Of a DNA stretch of 27,306 nucleotides, positions 22,432-27,306 are shown in pieces (position 1 is the first letter of the stretch; each line of letters starts with the position of its first letter). The notes under the pieces are model-generated. The model had not been told where the DNA came from. It made no database searches and saw only the letters and a program-made list of their open reading frames with translations. The stretch is from NCBI GenBank assembly GCA_028864955.1, contig JAGWLE010000001.1, forward strand, positions 1 through 27,306, written 5' to 3'. Source of the stretch: Patescibacteria group bacterium (GTDB lineage: Bacteria; Patescibacteriota; Minisyncoccia; Phycocordibacterales; PALSA-1337). The translations under genes were made by a program, and so were the position numbers.

Positions 22432-22944
22432 ATGGGATCAAAGCAAAAACAACTCGAAGAGGCTTATCGCGAACATGCAGACGCGCTGTTCAGATTCTGC
22501 TTGTTCAAGATCAGCGACCGCGAGCAGGCAAAGGATCTTCTGCAAGAGACATTTACCCGAGCCTGGCAATTCCTGTCGCGTGACGGCGCCGTGGATAACT
22601 TCAAGGCATTCCTCTATAAGATCATGAGCAATCTGGTCATAGACGAGTACCGCAAGCGCAAACCCGTCGATTCGTTGGAGATCCTGCACGAGGACGGCTT
22701 TGACCCCTCGTTCGATGATACGGACCGCTGGATAGACGCGATCGATGGCACAAAAGCCGTTCGATTGCTTGGCAAAATTCCTCCTCCATACGGTGAGGCG
22801 GTCTTCATGCGATATGTCCAGGAATTGTCGCTCGGAGAAATTTCTGCTATAACTGGGGAACGTGAGAATACCATCGCCGTACACATACACCGCGGCCTGG
22901 AAAAACTCAAAACCCTCTTCCGCAATGAACCACAACCATCATAA
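22432..22944 (+). CDS. ECF-type RNA polymerase sigma factor
   Basis: Region 2: AY.EHAD.LFRFC..KISDRE.AKDLLQETF.RAW and FLYKI..NLVID.YRK. Region 4: AVFMRYVQELSLGEIS.ITG..ENTIAVHIHRGL.KL. Start at ATG 22432; the longer ORF overlaps the divergent dsbA. Confidence 0.95.
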   Translation: MGSKQKQLEEAYREHADALFRFCLFKISDREQAKDLLQETFTRAWQFLSRDGAVDNFKAFLYKIMSNLVIDEYRKRKPVDSLEILHEDGFDPSFDDTDRWIDAIDGTKAVRLLGKIPPPYGEAVFMRYVQELSLGEISAITGERENTIAVHIHRGLEKLKTLFRNEPQPS

Positions 22945-23146
22945 TGGCATAGGCGAACAAAAAATCGATCGCGTTTTTGAAAAGGCACGTGAAGTATCTT
23001 TGAATTCCCAAGAAAAGAAAACTCTCTGGAAGCGGATCCTTGCCGAGATAAGCGGCCAATCGACCGGCCAGGCCGCGCTCGGACCAATAGACGGACCCGG
23101 CACCAACAGTCAATCGAGTCCTTGGGTCAGCGATACGATCTTGTAG
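22925..23146 (+). pseudogene. Short ORF (73 aa) coupled to the ECF sigma; probable truncated anti-sigma remnant
   Basis: Starts 20 nt inside the sigma 3' end. N-terminal helix KAREVSLNSQEKKTLWKRIL, no TM helix, runs 37 nt into the convergent deacetylase gene. Confidence 0.45.
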
Positions 23147-23883
23147 CCCTTGGCTTCGATGGTTGTGAATACATCATCGAGAACCTGGCCAGTCAGATTG
23201 TCTCCAAAATGCATGAGGTAGATGTTGCCCGGCGCCAATGTATCGAGAATATTGTGCCGGACCTGGTCGGCGGTTTCGCCGTTCGGTTCCATCCAATCCT
23301 TGGCGTCATATGTCCAATAGACAGATTCGTAACCTTCGCCGTAGGCGTCGGCCAGGACGCGCGCGTCACGTTCGCCGTATGGTGGCCGGAAGAAAGGCCG
23401 CGGCGAGACGCCCGCGACCCGCATGAGCACGGACTCGGTTTGTCGAAGCTCGTTCTTGATCTGTTGGTCAGTGAGCGTGGGTAAATGAGGATGGTCGTAG
23501 GTATGGCTGAATATTTCGTCGCCGTCGGCGACGAATGTTTTGACAAGTTCCGGATTGGCTTCGATGAATTTACCCGTCAAGAAGAACGTGCCCTTAACAT
23601 GATGCTTGGCCAGCGTCGCCAAGATCGCCTGTGCCGATTCCGCGCCACCACCGCCGTCAAAAGTGAATATGACCTGCTTCTTTGAGGCGTCGCCATGGAC
23701 GATCTCCGTCCGCGACGGCGGTCTTCGCGCGGGTACCACCGTCACGGCCGGCGGCATCATCTGCATCTGCCGCTCATTCCCGAGAAGGGTGACGACGGCT
23801 ATAATGGCGAAAAGCAGCGTCAACATGACCGCGCCGCGGGTCTGCGGCGTGATCGCGGAAAATCTCCAGGGTCCGGCATCCAT
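23110..23883 (-). CDS. Membrane-anchored polysaccharide deacetylase (NodB homology, CE4)
   Basis: VIFTFDGG (motif 1 variant), FFLTG, HTYDHP, FRPPYG, DAKDW and IYLMH. N-terminal TM helix; ATG 7 nt after TGGTATAAT. Confidence 0.92.
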   Translation of the reverse strand: MDAGPWRFSAITPQTRGAVMLTLLFAIIAVVTLLGNERQMQMMPPAVTVVPARRPPSRTEIVHGDASKKQVIFTFDGGGGAESAQAILATLAKHHVKGTFFLTGKFIEANPELVKTFVADGDEIFSHTYDHPHLPTLTDQQIKNELRQTESVLMRVAGVSPRPFFRPPYGERDARVLADAYGEGYESVYWTYDAKDWMEPNGETADQVRHNILDTLAPGNIYLMHFGDNLTGQVLDDVFTTIEAKGYKIVSLTQGLD

Positions 23884-25074
23884 CTACGGCATTATACCAG
23901 TCGATGTCGAAACTTCGTATAGCCCGGGCACGCCCCACCAGATCGTGAGAAAGAGTTTGTGCGAGACCGGTTCATAGAGAATTTCATTCAACTCGGGAGG
24001 CAAGGCCGATGTCGTCGAACTTTCCCTGATGCCGGTCACCTTGTATCGCCTGAGCGATCCGAGATTCATGCCAGGGAAAACATCCAGATAGCCGTCCATG
24101 CCGCAATTGTATAGATCGGAACCGTAGACAAACAGGCCGAGAGAGTCTCCGGGTAGCGTGAATCTGGTCACCGACATGTCGACGCCGTTTATGCGGAAGC
24201 CGTACGGCGCCCCTTCACAGCCGACATAGACATACCCGCCGAAAGCCGGCATATCGTCACTCGGATGGCATGTGCCCAGATCAACAGCTGCGCTCACGGA
24301 TAAAGTGGCAGCGTCAACTTTTTCGATTACATCGCTGGTATTGCTGCCGAAATAGAGGAAGGTCGAACTACCTTCGGTCATGAGCGCGGCTGAATGTCCA
24401 TGTGGTATGTGGCCGTTGGCATTGTAGGAGAGTCTGCCGTCTCTCAAACTGACCTTGAAAACTTCGGCCGGCGTCGTGTTGGTGATACCGTAGACATACG
24501 CCCCGTCGGTGACGATGGCCGGCTTGTCCCCGGCATCGATAGCGCTGGTGCTGGCGATCGAGCGCTCGATCAGCGTATAGGGGTCTATGCTGTATATATG
24601 CAGGCCGTGCGATTCGGAAATCAGAAAATCGACCGTGCGACGGGTATCATCGTAGGCCATGGTTTCAATACTGCCCCGACGCGGCACGCTGATCAAAGAG
24701 TACGCGCCGAGATGCGCCGGGTCGTAGAAGACGGCCAAATGTCCGTCAGCTGTCTGGCTGTCTTCCGAACCAATGAACAGACGCTCATCGGCCACCAGCG
24801 TACCATGCGCGTAATTGAATACGGCCGACGATGAGGCCACCACCGGGGCCAGACCATACGATATCTGAGTTACAGCCGTCGGAAATGACGGCAGAGCATT
24901 CGGAACACGCGATGTAGTCGAAGTCGCCTGCTCGACTGGAACAGGTATGATATGCGCTATGGGAGCGACCGGCCCGGATGCATGAGTGTTCAACCAGACG
25001 CGAACTGCCACATACAGCGCCAAACCACACACAGAGAGGAGCGCGGCGATTATCACCTCTTTGCCATGATTCAT
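23884..25074 (-). CDS. Membrane-anchored hypothetical protein, probable beta-propeller
   Basis: N-terminal hydrophobic helix, Pro/Thr linker, then repeated blade-like units (GAYVYGIT...EVFKVSL; GYVYVGCE; SDLYNCG). Start moved to ATG 25074, 8 nt after TATAAT. Confidence 0.65.
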   Translation of the reverse strand: MNHGKEVIIAALLSVCGLALYVAVRVWLNTHASGPVAPIAHIIPVPVEQATSTTSRVPNALPSFPTAVTQISYGLAPVVASSSAVFNYAHGTLVADERLFIGSEDSQTADGHLAVFYDPAHLGAYSLISVPRRGSIETMAYDDTRRTVDFLISESHGLHIYSIDPYTLIERSIASTSAIDAGDKPAIVTDGAYVYGITNTTPAEVFKVSLRDGRLSYNANGHIPHGHSAALMTEGSSTFLYFGSNTSDVIEKVDAATLSVSAAVDLGTCHPSDDMPAFGGYVYVGCEGAPYGFRINGVDMSVTRFTLPGDSLGLFVYGSDLYNCGMDGYLDVFPGMNLGSLRRYKVTGIRESSTTSALPPELNEILYEPVSHKLFLTIWWGVPGLYEVSTSTGIMP

Positions 25075-25138
25075 AAGGCTCAATTATAATCAATCTGTCC
25101 CCTATATCCTACTGCTATCTTACGGCGCCCGTCCGGCC

Positions 25139-25678
25139 TCACTCGCCGTCGAATTCCGTCTCGGTGTCATCGCCAATCGCCGACTCATATATGCCCTGTT
25201 CGCCGAGGCCGCGGAGTTTTTCTAGGGCTTCCTGCTCCTCAACCAAGTTCTGCTGCAAAAGATCGCGGACATCATTGAAACCAAGAAGTTCCGCCCAGGA
25301 AATGGCCGTCTCGTACGTCGCCATCTCATACTGCTCCACCTGACAGCCGGCGGCTACGAGGGCCGCGTCGCGCGCCGCCAGATCGGAAACGTTTCTGATC
25401 AGCCAATCGACATCTTCAGCCATGCCGCGTATTGCCATGACTTGGAGTTTGGCCGGCTTCTTGTCCAGTAGGCTGAATATTTCCGAAAGACGCTCGGCTT
25501 GAGTTTTAGTCTCATTGAGGTGCAGGCTGAAGGCTTCGGCTAATGCGTTATCGGTGGCATGCTTCACCAGTCTTGGCAGCGCCTTGATAAGCTCGCTCTC
25601 GACGTCGTTCAACGACTGCAGTTTCACCAGCAGAAGATCCTGCAAATACATCGGCGTTATTTTTTTGGCTGCTATCAT
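25139..25678 (-). CDS. DUF892 / YciF-like ferritin-like protein
   Basis: VESELIKALPRL..HA...L..AF..HL.ET..Q.ERL..IF..L, RDAALVAAG.QVEQYEMA.Y and LLQQNLVEE. Confidence 0.88.
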   Translation of the reverse strand: MIAAKKITPMYLQDLLLVKLQSLNDVESELIKALPRLVKHATDNALAEAFSLHLNETKTQAERLSEIFSLLDKKPAKLQVMAIRGMAEDVDWLIRNVSDLAARDAALVAAGCQVEQYEMATYETAISWAELLGFNDVRDLLQQNLVEEQEALEKLRGLGEQGIYESAIGDDTETEFDGE

Positions 25679-25688
25679 GTGTGGCTAT

Positions 25689-25753
25689 GGGATAGGTTAC
25701 GGCTGATATACATATTGGGACGTCGGCTTCCAGATCCAGATTACACCTATCCC
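25689..25753. repeat. Inverted repeat GGGATAGGT / ACCTATCCC flanking the putative DUF892 promoter
   Basis: Perfect 9-bp arms at 25689-25697 and 25745-25753, 47 nt apart. Confidence 0.7.
25717..25745 (-). promoter_or_regulatory. Putative ECF-type promoter TGTAAT-N17-CGTCCC upstream of the DUF892 gene
   Basis: Same TGTAAT...CGTC architecture as upstream of the ECF sigma gene. Confidence 0.45.
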
Positions 25754-25760
25754 GGGACGC

Positions 25761-27306
25761 CTAATGAGCCACTGTGATATCGACGGACTTCCGGGCGATC
25801 ACATTTCCCGAAGCGTCCTTGGCGATGAACGTCACCGCATACGGCCCGTCGCCATTGCCGCCCCACCACGACCACGGTGATACATCAACCAGCGATTCCT
25901 TGTGCGGCACAGTGGCAGTATTATCTGCCATGACATTCAGCTGACCGCCATCAACCTGCCAGTACATGCTGTATGCGGTCGCCGCCGTGCCTTCGATCAA
26001 ACCCTTGAATGGTTGGATGCCCGAAACGGCTGCGCCGTCAGCCGGCCACCAGACATCCATGACAACCGGTCCGGCGGAACCAGTCGAGCCGCCGCTATTC
26101 TGTCCGCCGGCGCCGTCGGCCGTACCATTCAGCGTCACATCCGTCACATCATCGTCCCAGAAGAAATTCTTTGACCAATCGGAACTGAAGACTCCGACTT
26201 TCAGACGGTATGCGCCCGCCTGTGGCGGCGTCCATGAAAGTTTGTACGATCCGGGGCTGCCTGAACTTATATTTTGGCCGCCAAAGAACTGCTGGAATAT
26301 TTTGGTATTTGAGGAATTATAGATCTCAATATCGGCAATAACGTTGGACGCCTGACCGGTCGAATTGAGGTTGATCTGTATATTTTGGGACTGGCCGACC
26401 GAGTACGCTGAGGCGGTGGCGCTGACGTTAAAGTTGCCGCTGACCATGCTCGGCGTAGTATTTGAGCCACCACCAATGCCGCCAGTGCCGCCGGTGCCTT
26501 GGCCGGTTGTACCGCCCGTACTTCCCCCGCCGCCGAACCAGCGTGTGACAACTGCCAAGGCCGGCTTATTATTGGCGGTATAATCAGTATTTCCCGGACC
26601 GCCGTAATTTGGATCGACATTCCAATCCCACAGGTCGACGCCGGCCATATATGAGGAATTGTTCCAGTATTCGAACAAGGCTTCGTAGTCATTGGCCTGC
26701 TCCTGTGCGTCATACGGTCCGGGTCCAGTGCAGCAGGGTGAATTGTGGGCACCCGTGACGCTGCGGTAGCCGACTTCCGTAAAAAGAAGAGGTTTGTTGA
26801 ATTCGCTGTGAATAATACTGATCTGATTGCTATCCCAATATGCCCAGGAACCGACCATGGCGGCGACCGACGGCGCGTTCTGGCCGCTGGCCAGCGGATA
26901 GTAAGCGGACAGTCCGACGTAGTCGAGAGACGACCAAAATCCAATATGGAAAACTTCATCTTCGAACTGCGTGCTTTGCGGACCGGCCCAACTCCAGTTG
27001 GCATCGTATGTCAGATAGCCCGGAAAATGCGTACGCAGATCGGCGATCATCTTTTGCCAACGTTCCGTGTTATCGGAGTTCTGCGTGTAAGCGGCCATGC
27101 TGATGAGTTCGGCGCCCATGGTAATGCCTTCGAGGTGATGCACTTTGCCGATATCGCCCAAATGATCGAGGATGGAGCCGTAGTTGGCATACCAAGCGTC
27201 GCGGTTGCTGGCATTGATGTAGGCGCGCCACGACTGGCCGTCCTCAGATTCCAGGTGCACTTTGACCATGGCGTGCATGCCGAGCGAGTGCACATAGTCG
27301 ATGCCG
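25761..27306 (-). CDS. GH113-like (TIM-barrel) glycoside hydrolase with two C-terminal beta-sandwich domains; 5' end outside window
   Basis: Frame stays open to the edge (GIDYVHSLGMHAMVKVHL). Motifs GAEL (acid/base Glu), LTYDANW, LDYVGLSAYYPL, KPLLFTEVGYRS (nucleophile Glu), EQANDYEALF and GVDLWDW; Gly/Thr linkers separate two C-terminal domains. Confidence 0.85.
   Translation of the reverse strand, partial: GIDYVHSLGMHAMVKVHLESEDGQSWRAYINASNRDAWYANYGSILDHLGDIGKVHHLEGITMGAELISMAAYTQNSDNTERWQKMIADLRTHFPGYLTYDANWSWAGPQSTQFEDEVFHIGFWSSLDYVGLSAYYPLASGQNAPSVAAMVGSWAYWDSNQISIIHSEFNKPLLFTEVGYRSVTGAHNSPCCTGPGPYDAQEQANDYEALFEYWNNSSYMAGVDLWDWNVDPNYGGPGNTDYTANNKPALAVVTRWFGGGGSTGGTTGQGTGGTGGIGGGSNTTPSMVSGNFNVSATASAYSVGQSQNIQINLNSTGQASNVIADIEIYNSSNTKIFQQFFGGQNISSGSPGSYKLSWTPPQAGAYRLKVGVFSSDWSKNFFWDDDVTDVTLNGTADGAGGQNSGGSTGSAGPVVMDVWWPADGAAVSGIQPFKGLIEGTAATAYSMYWQVDGGQLNVMADNTATVPHKESLVDVSPWSWWGGNGDGPYAVTFIAKDASGNVIARKSVDITVAH

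Noticed and set aside
23113-23130. SPW motif as evidence for anti-sigma homology
   Set aside because: These codons are the antisense of the deacetylase C-terminus (TQGLD-stop), so the match may be coincidental.
1-27306. Mobile elements, prophage or defence systems
   Set aside because: No transposase, integrase, recombinase, phage structural, RM, toxin-antitoxin or cas motifs, and no terminal repeats with target duplications were recognised.

Overview
Housekeeping-rich window from a bacterium most consistent with Parcubacteria (Patescibacteria/CPR). This is inferred from gene content and from secE-nusG-rplK lacking rplA. TGA is used as a stop, so genetic code 11 applies. About 28 CDS, mostly on the minus strand: partial AI-2E transporter, M16 peptidase, alpha2-type GlyRS, Ig-like membrane protein, RecO, type-2 IleRS with an inserted histidine-phosphatase domain, ArgRS, a thymidylate/folate block (CYTH-dcd-thyA-glyA with divergent folA, and folD nearby), rplK/nusG/secE, SIMPL protein, SAM methyltransferase, DsbA-VKOR, an ECF sigma with a short downstream ORF, polysaccharide deacetylase, putative beta-propeller, DUF892 protein and a partial GH113-like hydrolase. 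No tRNA, rRNA, CRISPR, transposase or integrase was seen. Best leads: (1) a possible variant dTTP-synthesis module, in which ThyA has three of four phosphate-clamp arginines replaced, Dcd lacks the dUTPase-type Asp, and a CYTH triphosphatase sits where a dUTPase is expected; (2) an apparently intact RHG phosphatase inside IleRS; (3) in-frame AAAGTCA-type heptamer expansions in ileS and argS plus a hairpin-forming copy between secE and nusG; (4) an unexplained ~235-nt unit with a near-consensus promoter and a terminator (ncRNA candidate); (5) at least eight genes with a -10 box 6-8 nt from the start codon (probably leaderless); (6) a putative ECF promoter motif shared by the sigma gene and the DUF892 gene. 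All family assignments come from motif recognition by eye; no searches were run.
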